A stretch of DNA of 64,000 bases from Clostridium sp. (GTDB lineage: Bacteria > Bacillota > Clostridia > Lachnospirales > Lachnospiraceae), in assembly GCA_017634415.1 (NCBI GenBank), contig JAGBNL010000052.1:4317-68316 (forward strand), given 5' to 3'. Under the pieces are notes generated by a model. It was not told the origin of the DNA. It did no database searches and saw only the letters and a program-made list of their open reading frames with translations. This document shows, in pieces, positions 20,018-29,529 of this stretch. The position numbers and the translations under genes are program-made. Each line of letters opens with the position of its first letter. Positions within the stretch are counted from its first letter, which is position 1.

Positions 20018-21341
20018 CTTCCATTACCCCCTTGAGGTCATATTCCACTGAATCTGTTATCACGGCGCGCACCACTGAGCCGGATATCAGCTCCCTGTCA
20101 GTGTGCAGGTAAATCTGAGAATCCACATTCGGCGCATCCATGTATGTTCTTCCGATATAGACCCCCTCCTCGGGAATCCTTCCCTCAATCATCACATCCA
20201 TCCTGGTGCCTATCCTGGAAGCCGCTTTTTCAAAGGCGATCTCCTGCTGGAGCTCCATGATTTCATCCCGCCGCTCTTCCTTGATATCATCCGGAACCTG
20301 GTCCGCAAACTCTGCCGCAGGCGTGTTTTCTTCCCTGGAATAGGTAAATACACCCAGACGATCAAATTCCATATCGTTCACGAAATCCATAAGAATCTCG
20401 TGATCCTCCTCCGTTTCCGAAGGAAATCCCGAGATCAGCGTGGTTCTCAGACAGACATCCGGAATCCGGCTCCGTATTCTCTCAATCTTTTCCCGCAGTT
20501 CACTCTGGGTTGTCTTTCTTCCCATGAGACGGAGTATTCTGTCACTGGCATGCTGGATCGGAAGGTCGATATAGTGCAGAACCTTCGGAAGTGACGCCAC
20601 AGCCTCGATAAGCTCATCGTCTATCTCTTCCGGATAGCAGTACATGAGACGTATCCACTCTATCCCGTCAATCTCGGACAGTTTTCTGAGGAGTGTGGGG
20701 AGCATCTTCTTTCCGTTCAGGTCCACGCCGTAAAGGGTGGTTTCCTGCGCCACGAGAATCAGCTCCTTTACCCCCTGGTCCGCCAGCCTCTTTGCCTCGG
20801 AGATGAGACGCAGGATCGGCACGCTCCGGTAGGGTCCGCGCAGGTAAGGAATGATGCAGTAGGTGCATCTCTTATTGCATCCTTCCGCAATCTTCAGAAA
20901 GGAGGACCATCCTCCCGCTGTGAGAATCCGTTCCTCCGATTCTTCCGGCAAATCCTCCAGATCCCGGAATACCGTCACCTGCTTTTCGCCGGCGAGTACC
21001 CGCTCGATGGCGGAGGAGACAGCGCCGCAGGAATTCGTCCCGAGAATCGCGTCCACCTCGGGAATCTCCCGGAGGACCTCTTCCTTATATCTTTCAGCCA
21101 TACAGCCGCAGACCACAAGGACACGGCATTTTCCTTCCGTTTTCAGTCTCGCCATCTCCAGGATGGTATTAATACTCTCTTCCTTGGCTGCATCGATGAA
21201 GGCGCAGGTGTTGATTACGATAATTTCCGCTTCTGTCTCATCATCGGTCAGGCTGTAGCCGTCTCTTCTGAGCAGTCCCAGCATCATCTCGGAATCCACC
21301 AGGTTTTTGTCGCAGCCCAGAGAAACACATAATATCTTCAT
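20001..21341 (-). CDS. rimO: Ribosomal protein S12 methylthiotransferase RimO
   Basis: SLGCDKNLVDSE, NTCAFI, IAEGCNKRCTYCIIP, C-terminal TRAM; start ATG 21341. Confidence 0.96.
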   Translation of the reverse strand: MKILCVSLGCDKNLVDSEMMLGLLRRDGYSLTDDETEAEIIVINTCAFIDAAKEESINTILEMARLKTEGKCRVLVVCGCMAERYKEEVLREIPEVDAILGTNSCGAVSSAIERVLAGEKQVTVFRDLEDLPEESEERILTAGGWSSFLKIAEGCNKRCTYCIIPYLRGPYRSVPILRLISEAKRLADQGVKELILVAQETTLYGVDLNGKKMLPTLLRKLSEIDGIEWIRLMYCYPEEIDDELIEAVASLPKVLHYIDLPIQHASDRILRLMGRKTTQSELREKIERIRSRIPDVCLRTTLISGFPSETEEDHEILMDFVNDMEFDRLGVFTYSREENTPAAEFADQVPDDIKEERRDEIMELQQEIAFEKAASRIGTRMDVMIEGRIPEEGVYIGRTYMDAPNVDSQIYLHTDRELISGSVVRAVITDSVEYDLKGVMEDEFAE

Positions 21342-21407
21342 TCGGTCAGTTTCCTCAAAGCACAAAAGCCATCACCATGCATTACCATGGTGACAGCCTC
21401 TGCAGGT

Positions 21408-21662
21408 TCAATTGTCTTCTGCTGAATCTTCCTCGTCAGACAGTATCTGTACTTTGCCCTGATATATCTCATCGATGGCGACAGACAGTGGTTTTCTTCC
21501 ATCATCTTCCTGTGCGGAATCCATGCCCGCAACAATCTGTCTCGCTCTTTTTGCTGAGGCGATCACGATGGAATATCTGCTCTGCACAACCGGTGACTCC
21601 GGATGTCCGGAATACTTGTTGGCAGAATTAATCAGGTCATTGTATGACGGACGAAGCATCAT
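21408..21662 (-). CDS. rpoZ: RNA polymerase omega subunit
   Basis: SRYSIVIASAKRARQI, KPLSVAIDEI; follows gmk. Confidence 0.95.
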   Translation of the reverse strand: MMLRPSYNDLINSANKYSGHPESPVVQSRYSIVIASAKRARQIVAGMDSAQEDDGRKPLSVAIDEIYQGKVQILSDEEDSAEDN

Positions 21663-21680
21663 AATAAATCATTTCTCCCT

Positions 21681-22301
21681 TCAGAATCGTTTCATCTCTT
21701 CTTTTATCTCGTCCACCAGATCCAGATGGTTGTTCATCCTGGCCCTTGCAGACTGAATCACGCCGTGCATTTCATCTGCACAGCGGGAAATCTCATCGTT
21801 GACAAGCAGGTAGTCGTATTTTTCCATCCCTTCCGCTTCCTGGGCGGCCCGGGCAAGACGCTGCTTTACGGTCTCGGCATCTTCCGTGCCTCTCATGGTA
21901 AGACGGCGTTCCAGTTCATCCACGCTGGGCGGCGTCACAAAGATAAGGATTGCTTCGGGGAATTTCTCCCGGACCTGAAGCGCACCCTGAATCTCGATCT
22001 CCAGCAGGACATCATTTCCCTCTTCCAGGTTTTTCAGGACATAACTCCTGGGCGTTCCGTAAGAATGGTTCACATAGCGGGCATATTCCAGAAGCTCGCC
22101 CTCTGCGGCCATCCTGTCGAATTCCTCCTGAGATATGAAAAAATACTCTCTTCCGTCCACCTCTCCCGGCCGGGGAGCTCTGGTGGTCACCGATACAGAC
22201 AGCGCATAGGTATCAAACTTTTCCAGGAGCGCATTCATAAGCGTTCCCTTTCCGGCACCGGAAAAACCCGATATTACGGCAAGTACACCACGATTGTCCA
22301 T
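21681..22301 (-). CDS. gmk: Guanylate kinase
   Basis: SGFSGAGKGT, TTRAPRPGEVDGREYFF, YGTP, LEIEIQGA. Confidence 0.97.
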   Translation of the reverse strand: MDNRGVLAVISGFSGAGKGTLMNALLEKFDTYALSVSVTTRAPRPGEVDGREYFFISQEEFDRMAAEGELLEYARYVNHSYGTPRSYVLKNLEEGNDVLLEIEIQGALQVREKFPEAILIFVTPPSVDELERRLTMRGTEDAETVKQRLARAAQEAEGMEKYDYLLVNDEISRCADEMHGVIQSARARMNNHLDLVDEIKEEMKRF

Positions 22302-22316
22302 TTGTTACCTCTTGCG

Positions 22317-23195
22317 TTATTCTAAGTTCTGAATCTGTTCTCTTATCTTCTCAATCAGTGTCTTCAGCGCGATACCGTTGTCGCTGATGGCCAGATTATT
22401 CGCCTTCGACAGTATGGTGTTGGCCTCCCGGTTCATCTCCTGTGCAATGAAATCCAGTTTTCTGCCCACACTTCCGCCCCGGGTCAGTTCCTTCCGGGTC
22501 GCGTCGATATGGCTGCGAAGACGCACTGTCTCCTCGTCGGTGCAGATCTTGTCGGAATAGGCCGTCACCTCCGTGGCGATCAGGCTCTCATCCACCTGGG
22601 TATTCCCCAGCAGTTCCTGCACTTTCTCCAGAAGATGCTCACGGTATTCTTCCACAATCCTGGGAGAACGCTCCATGATATCATCCACAATCTCAGACAT
22701 GGAATCAAGCTTTTTCAGGAGATCCTTCTGAAGATTCTCTCCCTCACGGATTCTGGATTCCACAAACTTCTCCGCTGACTGGCGGATCACCGGCTCAAGA
22801 AGCTTCCACAGATGATCTTCATCATCCCGCTCTTCCTCCATGGAGAAAATCTCCGGCATGGAGGCTAGCTTCGATACGGACATATCGTTGGGAATCCCGA
22901 ATTCCTCGGACATTCTTCCGAAATAATCCATATATTCCGCGGCCAGTGTGTGATTATACTTCAGTGTAACGCGGTTTTCCGCATAATCCTCATACGTGAT
23001 GAAGACATCCACCTTGCCGCGCTCTATGTATTCCTTCAGCAGGGCACGGACAGGTGCTTCGAGAAAATTCAGCTTTCTCGGCATCTTGACCGAGAGATCA
23101 AGATACCTGTGATTGACAGCCTTCATCTCCACAGACAGCCGGTAGTCCTCCGTGATCACTTCACAGCGGCCGAAACCGGTCATGCTTTTTATCAT
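22317..23195 (-). CDS. yloC: YicC/YloC family endoribonuclease
   Basis: MIKSMTGFGR, VNHRYLD, GRKLDFIAQEMNREANT, EKIREQIQNLE. Confidence 0.94.
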   Translation of the reverse strand: MIKSMTGFGRCEVITEDYRLSVEMKAVNHRYLDLSVKMPRKLNFLEAPVRALLKEYIERGKVDVFITYEDYAENRVTLKYNHTLAAEYMDYFGRMSEEFGIPNDMSVSKLASMPEIFSMEEERDDEDHLWKLLEPVIRQSAEKFVESRIREGENLQKDLLKKLDSMSEIVDDIMERSPRIVEEYREHLLEKVQELLGNTQVDESLIATEVTAYSDKICTDEETVRLRSHIDATRKELTRGGSVGRKLDFIAQEMNREANTILSKANNLAISDNGIALKTLIEKIREQIQNLE

Positions 23196-23284
23196 AACAA
23201 AAACACCTCAGACTTTCGTACATAGTCTAAATTATTATATGATAAATACACAATTCAGTCAATCACAAACGCACCCCTCAGGGC

Positions 23285-23752
23285 TTACAGTGAAAGCTGT
23301 TCCACCTGGTTCTTCCAGTCCTGATAGTTATCTCTCTTCATGACGGAATACCCTAAGGGATACCGGACAACAGCCCCCGCGCAGGCCTCTTCCAGATCCT
23401 TCAGAGAGCCGCGGATGGGAGATCCTGCGGAAGTCGCAAAGGGTATGACCGTTTTTCCCTGTAAATCGCAGGCGGAAAGATATTCCTTCATGAATGCGGG
23501 AACCGTGCCGTACCATATGGGGTATCCCACAAATACCGTGTCATATTCCTGAAGTTCAGGCACTTCCGTGGAAACCTCCACACTGACCTTCGCCCTCTTC
23601 TCCTTTGCCACTCTGGCCACTGCTGCAAAGAAATTCCCGTAGGAATCCCGGGGCTCTACCTTAATCAGTTCACTGCCGAAATCACGTCCTATCTTTTTTG
23701 CCAGCTTTTCCGTGGTACCCTTGTTGGAGCAGTAGAGAATAATTGATTTCAT
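23285..23752 (-). CDS. Flavodoxin-like protein (Flavodoxin_4 type)
   Basis: YCSNKGTTEKLA, YDTVFVGYPIWYG, PFATSAGS; start ATG 23752 after AGGAGGA. Confidence 0.85.
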   Translation of the reverse strand: MKSIILYCSNKGTTEKLAKKIGRDFGSELIKVEPRDSYGNFFAAVARVAKEKRAKVSVEVSTEVPELQEYDTVFVGYPIWYGTVPAFMKEYLSACDLQGKTVIPFATSAGSPIRGSLKDLEEACAGAVVRYPLGYSVMKRDNYQDWKNQVEQLSL

Positions 23753-23834
23753 GTTCTTCCTCCTGAGAATGAGATTTTGGCGTGCAGCATCCCCCCGGAA
23801 CAATTATAGCACATTCCGGGAGAATCCGTATACG

Positions 23835-24095
23835 CTACAGTCCAAAATCAAAGGGGTCCAGCCCTGCCTCCTCCAGAACCCATATTCTCTCCTCTTCGTC
23901 CATGTAATCATAGGCAAAGCTGTCGATGCCCGCCTCTTCCAGAATCCGGTACATCTCCTCGTCGTTCTCCGCATCTTCCTCCTCGGGTTCAATGCGGAAT
24001 ATCCAGCCGAGAATGTCAAACTCCATAACCTTTTCCAGAAAATGAAGAACCTTCAGCGCCCTGCCTGGCCTGTAATTCTGTGCATATCCGTTCAT
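23835..24095 (-). CDS. Small acidic hypothetical protein (86 aa) with internal LEEAGxDxF repeat
   Basis: ATG 24095 preceded by GGGAGGGAG; 24 D/E versus 7 K/R. Confidence 0.65.
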   Translation of the reverse strand: MNGYAQNYRPGRALKVLHFLEKVMEFDILGWIFRIEPEEEDAENDEEMYRILEEAGIDSFAYDYMDEEERIWVLEEAGLDPFDFGL

Positions 24096-24111
24096 ACGTG
24101 CTCCCTCCCTC

Positions 24112-24213
24112 TTATCCTCTCGCATACTCAATGTAATCGCTTTCTGAGGCAAAAAGCACATATCTTCCGTTCACATAACCCATATATCCGCTGTCAGTCA
24201 CATAACCTTTCAT
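24112..24213 (-). CDS. 33-aa Tyr-rich small protein MKGYVTDSGYMGYVNGRYVLFASESDYIEYARG
   Basis: Near-ideal RBS AAGGAGGT 6 nt before ATG 24213; stop 16 nt before next start. Confidence 0.75.
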   Translation of the reverse strand: MKGYVTDSGYMGYVNGRYVLFASESDYIEYARG

Positions 24214-24262
24214 ATGGTACCTCCTTCCGTAAAAACGGGGTTTTTCTCTATCTGATGGTACC

Positions 24263-24325
24263 ATTATGGCGCTTTCAATGTCCCTCTGTACGGACAATGA
24301 AAAACTTTTTTCGAACCTGTTTTCG
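24263..24325 (-). promoter_or_regulatory. Candidate promoter/operator region of the small-protein operon
   Basis: -10-like CATAAT (24263-24268); palindrome TGTCC-N8-GGACA (24279-24296) over the -35 position; GAAC-N4-TTTC at 24313-24324. Confidence 0.45.
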
Positions 24326-24363
24326 GTTTTGTGACGACAGCTTCTTTGAGCGCTGCAGATTGT

Positions 24364-25215
24364 TCAGCGGAGCTGCGCGCTGATGACCGCTGCTAGGATA
24401 ATCGCTCCCCCGATGCATTCTCTGAGCGCCGGCGCTTCTCCCAGCACGACGAATGCCAGAAGAATCCCGTATACCGTCTCCATGGAGGAGCATACCCCCG
24501 CAAGCTGCGCGGTGATGCCGCCGAGGCTCTGGATGAACATGGTATGGGCAAGCGCCGTCATAAAGATGCCGAGAATCAGCAGAAGCAGAATATCTCTTCC
24601 GGAGGGATGCATCTCTGTCATCAGGACCGCGGGCGTAAGGACAGCGGCAGCCGTGAGCTGTTCATAGAATGAGGTGACGATACCTCCGTATTTCCGGGAA
24701 AGGCCCCGGTTCAGGAGGGCCAGCACAGCATAGCAGAGGGATGAGAGCATACCCACAAGGATGCCCGCGGAGGAAGTATTTTCCACGGAAAATTCCGGGA
24801 TCGTGATAAAAACGCCGAGAAGGATCACAAGGGCCGTCAGAACATTTTTCCGAAGCAGCTTTTCACGGAAGAAAAAGGGTTCCAGGAAGGTCACAAACAG
24901 CGGAAATGCGGAGAAGGTTATGGTTCCCACGGCTACTCCCGCCAGTTTTATGGATTCTATAAAACTCCACCAGTGGATGGCCAGAATCACGCCGGACAGC
25001 ACCAAAAGCCCCAAGTCTCTCTTCGTCCCGATCCGGAAGGGTATGTGCCTTAGCAGCATGAAGATTTCCAGCGTAATGGAAGAAAAAAACACCCGGCCGA
25101 ATGTAATCCCGATGGAGGGCAGGTTAATCTGACGCGCAAACAGTCCTGCTGTTCCAAACAGCAGGACTGCGGCATTCACAAGAATAAATGATTTCTTTTC
25201 TGAAGACATATTCAT
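24364..25215 (-). CDS. DMT/EamA family transporter
   Basis: About 10 TM segments in two repeats; LFGTAGLF, AIHW, TALAHTMF, ETVYGI. Confidence 0.9.
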   Translation of the reverse strand: MNMSSEKKSFILVNAAVLLFGTAGLFARQINLPSIGITFGRVFFSSITLEIFMLLRHIPFRIGTKRDLGLLVLSGVILAIHWWSFIESIKLAGVAVGTITFSAFPLFVTFLEPFFFREKLLRKNVLTALVILLGVFITIPEFSVENTSSAGILVGMLSSLCYAVLALLNRGLSRKYGGIVTSFYEQLTAAAVLTPAVLMTEMHPSGRDILLLLILGIFMTALAHTMFIQSLGGITAQLAGVCSSMETVYGILLAFVVLGEAPALRECIGGAIILAAVISAQLR

Positions 25216-25262
25216 ATAAAGACAGAGAGGCGATTACGCCCGTTTAAATAAAAAGTTTCCGC

Positions 25263-26405
25263 TTACTTTGACGCCGCGCGGAGAAGAAGGAAGGCCTGGG
25301 TGACCGCAGCCGTCATGTTCTTTCTGGCCGTTTCCCCGTCCATGGCCTCTTCCAGGGTGGAGATGCCGCGGAGAATCGGGAAGAATGCGTCGATTCCGTG
25401 GTCATTGCAGGCGACGGCGTCCGACGTCACACTGCCGGCAAAGGCAAGCACCGTCTTGTCGAACTTTTTCGCAATCTCCGCCACGCCGATGGGCGCCTTG
25501 CCCATCACCGTCTGTCCGTCGAGCCGGCCTTCGCCCGTCACGACAACATCGGCATCCTTAACATACTCCTCCAGCTTTGTCTCGTCAAGAATAATACGGA
25601 TTCCGGACTCCAGCACCGCATTTGTAAAGGTCTTGAAGGCAAAACCGAGACCGCCGGCCGCACCGGTTCCGGGATATACCGGGTCTGCATCCGGAAATAC
25701 CTTTTTTACGGTTTCGGCATATTTCGCCATCCATCCGTCCATCATCTCCACAATCTCCGGCGTTGCGCCCTTCTGGGGACCGTAGACGGCGCTGCAGCCC
25801 CGGGGGCCGCACAGCGGATTGGTTACATCGCAGGCAATGCGGAACCGGCATTCGGAAAGCAGCGGATTCACCTTATCCCTGCGCACCTCCGCAATATGCT
25901 CCAGCCCTGCGCCGTACATGGAAACCGGTTTTCCCTCCGCATCCAGGAATTCATATCCCAGAGCCATCAGCATGCCGATTCCGCAGTCATTGGTTGCGCT
26001 TCCGCCGATGCCGACGATGAAATTGCGGCAACCCTTTTCCATGGCGTCGCAGATCATCTCACCCACGCCGTAGGTGGTTGTCCGGAGAGGATTTCTCTCC
26101 TCGTCGTTCACCATGGTAATTCCTGCGGCCTGGGCCATTTCCATCACGGCAGTTTTACCGTCCGCCAGGATTCCGTAAACCGCGTCCGCTTTTCTTCCGC
26201 TCGGTCCTGTCACGTTCACGGTATGAAGCGTGCCGCCCATTCCCAGGGCAAGCGCTTCCACGGTTCCCTCACCGCCGTCCGCCAGGGGACGCACCTGTAC
26301 CTCGGCATCGGGATAAACGTTCAGAACTCCCGCCTTTATCGCTTCTCCGGCCTCCAGAGAGGACATGCTTCCCTTCAGAGAATCAATGGCAACTACTACT
26401 TTCAT
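25263..26405 (-). CDS. Glycerate kinase (GlxK/GarK family)
   Basis: AIDSLKGS, PLADGGEGT, GIGGSATND, GAAGG, TGEGRLDGQT; start ATG 26405. Confidence 0.95.
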   Translation of the reverse strand: MKVVVAIDSLKGSMSSLEAGEAIKAGVLNVYPDAEVQVRPLADGGEGTVEALALGMGGTLHTVNVTGPSGRKADAVYGILADGKTAVMEMAQAAGITMVNDEERNPLRTTTYGVGEMICDAMEKGCRNFIVGIGGSATNDCGIGMLMALGYEFLDAEGKPVSMYGAGLEHIAEVRRDKVNPLLSECRFRIACDVTNPLCGPRGCSAVYGPQKGATPEIVEMMDGWMAKYAETVKKVFPDADPVYPGTGAAGGLGFAFKTFTNAVLESGIRIILDETKLEEYVKDADVVVTGEGRLDGQTVMGKAPIGVAEIAKKFDKTVLAFAGSVTSDAVACNDHGIDAFFPILRGISTLEEAMDGETARKNMTAAVTQAFLLLRAASK

Positions 26406-26487
26406 GTTTTCCTCCTTCTTCACCCTGCCGGATGAATCACACGTTCTTTTCCTGTACTCAGAATAGCATGTTGTAAAGAAAGGTTAT

Positions 26488-26543
26488 ATGTTACATGTAC
26501 CAAATATTGTGCTATAATACATATATTTCATGTTATACATACC
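26488..26543. promoter_or_regulatory. Direct repeat pair, candidate CdaR-family operator
   Basis: ATGTTA-N4-TACC at 26488-26501 and 26530-26543 (42-bp period) in AT-rich divergent intergenic region. Confidence 0.45.
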
Positions 26544-26564
26544 TATGATCCAGGAGGGAAAGCC

Positions 26565-27689
26565 GTGTCATTTCAACTGAACCAGACAACCGCCCGGCAG
26601 ATTGTGGAAACCGTGAAGAATGTCTGCGGAAAAGATATCAATTTTATCCGGCCTGACGGAATCATCTTCGCCAGCACCGACGAATCCCGTATCGGAGATT
26701 ATCATGAAATAGGCCACGAGGCTGCACGAACCGGGCAGACCATTGAGGTACAGGAGGGGGAAATCTATCACGGGACGCAGCCCGGCGTCAATATGCCCTT
26801 TTTCTGGAAGGGCACCCTCATCGCCGTCATTGGAGTGACGGGCAGTCCCAGGGAGGTCCGCCCCTACGCCAGACTGGCCCGGCGCATCATGGGACTCATT
26901 CTCCGGGAACGGGAACTGGACCTGGTCGACAGAAGCAGGCGGAACCGGGCGGGTTATATCGTTAACGCGCTCATATCCGGCCAGCCGCTGGACAGGGATT
27001 TTCTGACCGGTTTCTTCGGGATGAACCGCCTTTCGGACCGAAAGCTCTTCCGGACCGTGGTCGTAATTCCCCGTGATGCGGAAAAAAGCGGCCTCTTTGC
27101 GGACAGCGACTTCGAATCCGCCGATATCATCCAGTCCGCGGGAACAGAACTCTGTACCTTCCGGTATCCCGACGAATATGTCATCCTCTGCGAAGACGGA
27201 AAGCAGGATGCGCTGTGCGGAAGGCTTCTGGCCAATGCCCCCGGCGGCGCGCCCGGGTTCCGGATAGGCATAGGCAGTCCCGAATCCGTATACCGGCAGG
27301 AGCATTCCTATCAGACTGCACAGCTTGCGGTGAAAAGTCTCCGGGGAGAAGCTGTCCTGGCCTCCTATGAATCCCTGGATATGGAGCTTCTTCTCTCGAC
27401 GGCGCAGCCCGGAATCAGAAGACTTCTGACCGCAAAAACCGCAGACCTTCTGGACGGGACGGACCGGGCCTGTCTTGAAGCCTACTTCTCCTCTGATTTT
27501 TCCGTAAAGGCAGCCTCGGAGAAGCTTTTTATCCACAAAAACACGCTCCAGTATCATCTGGACAGGACGTTCCGGCTCACCGGCTACAATCCCAGGGTCT
27601 TCCGGGACGCGGTTGTCCTCTGGACAGGACTTCAGCTCCGTAAGGATGCGGATATCGGAAAGGAGAAATCTGCCCCCGATAAGACGTGA
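26565..27689 (+). CDS. CdaR family sugar-diacid transcriptional regulator
   Basis: N-terminal diacid-recognition domain (IFASTDESRIGDYHE, QPGVN), C-terminal HTH LFIHKNTLQYHL; divergent from glycerate kinase. Confidence 0.92.
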   Translation: MSFQLNQTTARQIVETVKNVCGKDINFIRPDGIIFASTDESRIGDYHEIGHEAARTGQTIEVQEGEIYHGTQPGVNMPFFWKGTLIAVIGVTGSPREVRPYARLARRIMGLILRERELDLVDRSRRNRAGYIVNALISGQPLDRDFLTGFFGMNRLSDRKLFRTVVVIPRDAEKSGLFADSDFESADIIQSAGTELCTFRYPDEYVILCEDGKQDALCGRLLANAPGGAPGFRIGIGSPESVYRQEHSYQTAQLAVKSLRGEAVLASYESLDMELLLSTAQPGIRRLLTAKTADLLDGTDRACLEAYFSSDFSVKAASEKLFIHKNTLQYHLDRTFRLTGYNPRVFRDAVVLWTGLQLRKDADIGKEKSAPDKT

Positions 27690-27777
27690 CACAGACGCGG
27701 TGTACAGAGTATAATGGGCAGGTATAAGAGTAACTATTCAGATGACAGAAAACTATATTGCGAGGTAAATATATCCC

Positions 27778-29529
27778 ATGGCATTTGACGGAATTACGGT
27801 CGCGGCGCTGGTCCGGGAGATGAACCTGGAACTGACGGGCGGACATATCAGCAAAATCGCCCAGACGGAAAAGGACGAGCTGCTGATCACGGTAAAAAAC
27901 AACAGAAAGAATCTCCGGCTGGTTCTTTCTGTCAACGCCAGCCTTCCCCTGGCATATATCACGGATGACAACAAGCCGTCTCCTCTGACGGCCCCCAACT
28001 TCTGCATGCTTCTCAGAAAACATCTGGGCGGAGGAAAAATCCTCTCCATCACACAGCCCGGACTGGAGCGGTGCATCCATATCGAGGTGGAACACCGCAA
28101 TGAGATGGGGGATCTGTGCAGAAAAATACTGATCGCGGAGCTGATGGGCAAACACAGCAATATCATATTCTGCGACGAGACCCTCCGCATCCTCGACAGC
28201 ATCAAGCATGTCTCCGCGCAGATGAGCTCTCTCCGGGAGGTTCTTCCGGGCAGAGAATACTTTCTTCCTCCTTCCATCAGCAAGAAGAACCCTCTTGCCA
28301 TGACGGAAGAAGAACTGGTGGAGATTCTGTCTTCCTCCGGAGACCCGGCAGGGCGCACACTCTGCGCCTCCCTCTCCGGCATCAGCACCATGGCTGCCCA
28401 GGAGGTTATCCGGATTTCCGGCGTCGATGCGGATCTTCCCGCCTCCTCCCTCAGTGAGGCGGAGCTTCTTCATCTGGCCCACACCTTTCTTCTGATGATG
28501 GAGGACGTAAAGAACGGACACTTCCGTCCCTGCATCTTCTACCGGGACAGGGAGCCCAGGGAATTCTCGGCCCTCGACTGCGCCCCGCCGGAGGCAGGCT
28601 GTGAAACCGTATATTTTGAGACCATGAGCGCCGTCATCGGCACCTACTACAGAGACCGGGACACGGTATCGCGCATCAGGCAGAAATCCGCGGATCTCCG
28701 CCACATTCTTCAGACCGTTCTGGAGCGGGATTACAAGAAGCTGGACCTTCAGGAAAAGCAGCTGAAGGACACGGAAAAGAAGGATAAGTACCGGATTTAC
28801 GGAGAACTGCTCAACACCTACGGCTATGAACTTTCCGGCGGGGAAAAGAGCTTTTCCTGCGAGAACTTCTATACGGGGGAAACCGTAACCATCCCCCTGG
28901 ATCCCCAGCTTACCGCCCGGGAAAATGCCCAGAAGTTCTTTGACCGTTACGGAAAGCTCAAACGCACGGCGGAAGCCCTGGAAACCCTGACGCTGGAGAC
29001 GCAGAATGAAATCGCCCACCTGGAATCCATCTCCACCTCTCTGGACATTGCCCTGAAGGAGGAAGATCTCGCCCAGATCCGCCAGGAAATGACGGAATTC
29101 GGCTTTATCCGGCGCCACGGCCCCCAGACGAAAAAGGTCAGGATCACCAGCCGCCCCTACCACTATGTATCCAGCGACGGATTCGATATCTATGTAGGGA
29201 AAAACAATTACCAGAATGAGGAGGTCACCTTCCGCATCGCCTCGGGAAACGACTGGTGGTTTCACGCAAAGAAGATGCCCGGTTCCCACGTGATTGTCAA
29301 ATGCGACGGCAGGGAGCTGCCGGACCGGACCTTTGAGGAGGCCGGCGCCCTGGCGGCCTGGTACTCCGGCGGAAGAAACGCCGACAAGGTCGAGGTGGAT
29401 TATATTCAGCGCAGATATCTCCGGAAGGTCACCGGGGCTGCGCCGGGGTTTGTCATCTATCACACCAACTACTCTCTGATGGCCGTTCCGGAAATCAGGG
29501 TGCAGGAATACAAAGAGCCGGCTCGTTAA
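27778..29529 (+). CDS. rqcH: Ribosome quality control factor RqcH (NFACT/FbpA/YloA family)
   Basis: MAFDG, FCMLLRKHL, ELMGKHSNII, VGKNNYQNE, WFHAKKMPGSHV, PGFVIY. Confidence 0.94.
   Translation: MAFDGITVAALVREMNLELTGGHISKIAQTEKDELLITVKNNRKNLRLVLSVNASLPLAYITDDNKPSPLTAPNFCMLLRKHLGGGKILSITQPGLERCIHIEVEHRNEMGDLCRKILIAELMGKHSNIIFCDETLRILDSIKHVSAQMSSLREVLPGREYFLPPSISKKNPLAMTEEELVEILSSSGDPAGRTLCASLSGISTMAAQEVIRISGVDADLPASSLSEAELLHLAHTFLLMMEDVKNGHFRPCIFYRDREPREFSALDCAPPEAGCETVYFETMSAVIGTYYRDRDTVSRIRQKSADLRHILQTVLERDYKKLDLQEKQLKDTEKKDKYRIYGELLNTYGYELSGGEKSFSCENFYTGETVTIPLDPQLTARENAQKFFDRYGKLKRTAEALETLTLETQNEIAHLESISTSLDIALKEEDLAQIRQEMTEFGFIRRHGPQTKKVRITSRPYHYVSSDGFDIYVGKNNYQNEEVTFRIASGNDWWFHAKKMPGSHVIVKCDGRELPDRTFEEAGALAAWYSGGRNADKVEVDYIQRRYLRKVTGAAPGFVIYHTNYSLMAVPEIRVQEYKEPAR

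Noticed and set aside
26568-27692. 374-aa minus ORF the same length as CdaR
   Set aside because: Antisense shadow; the equal length comes from chance start and stop placement
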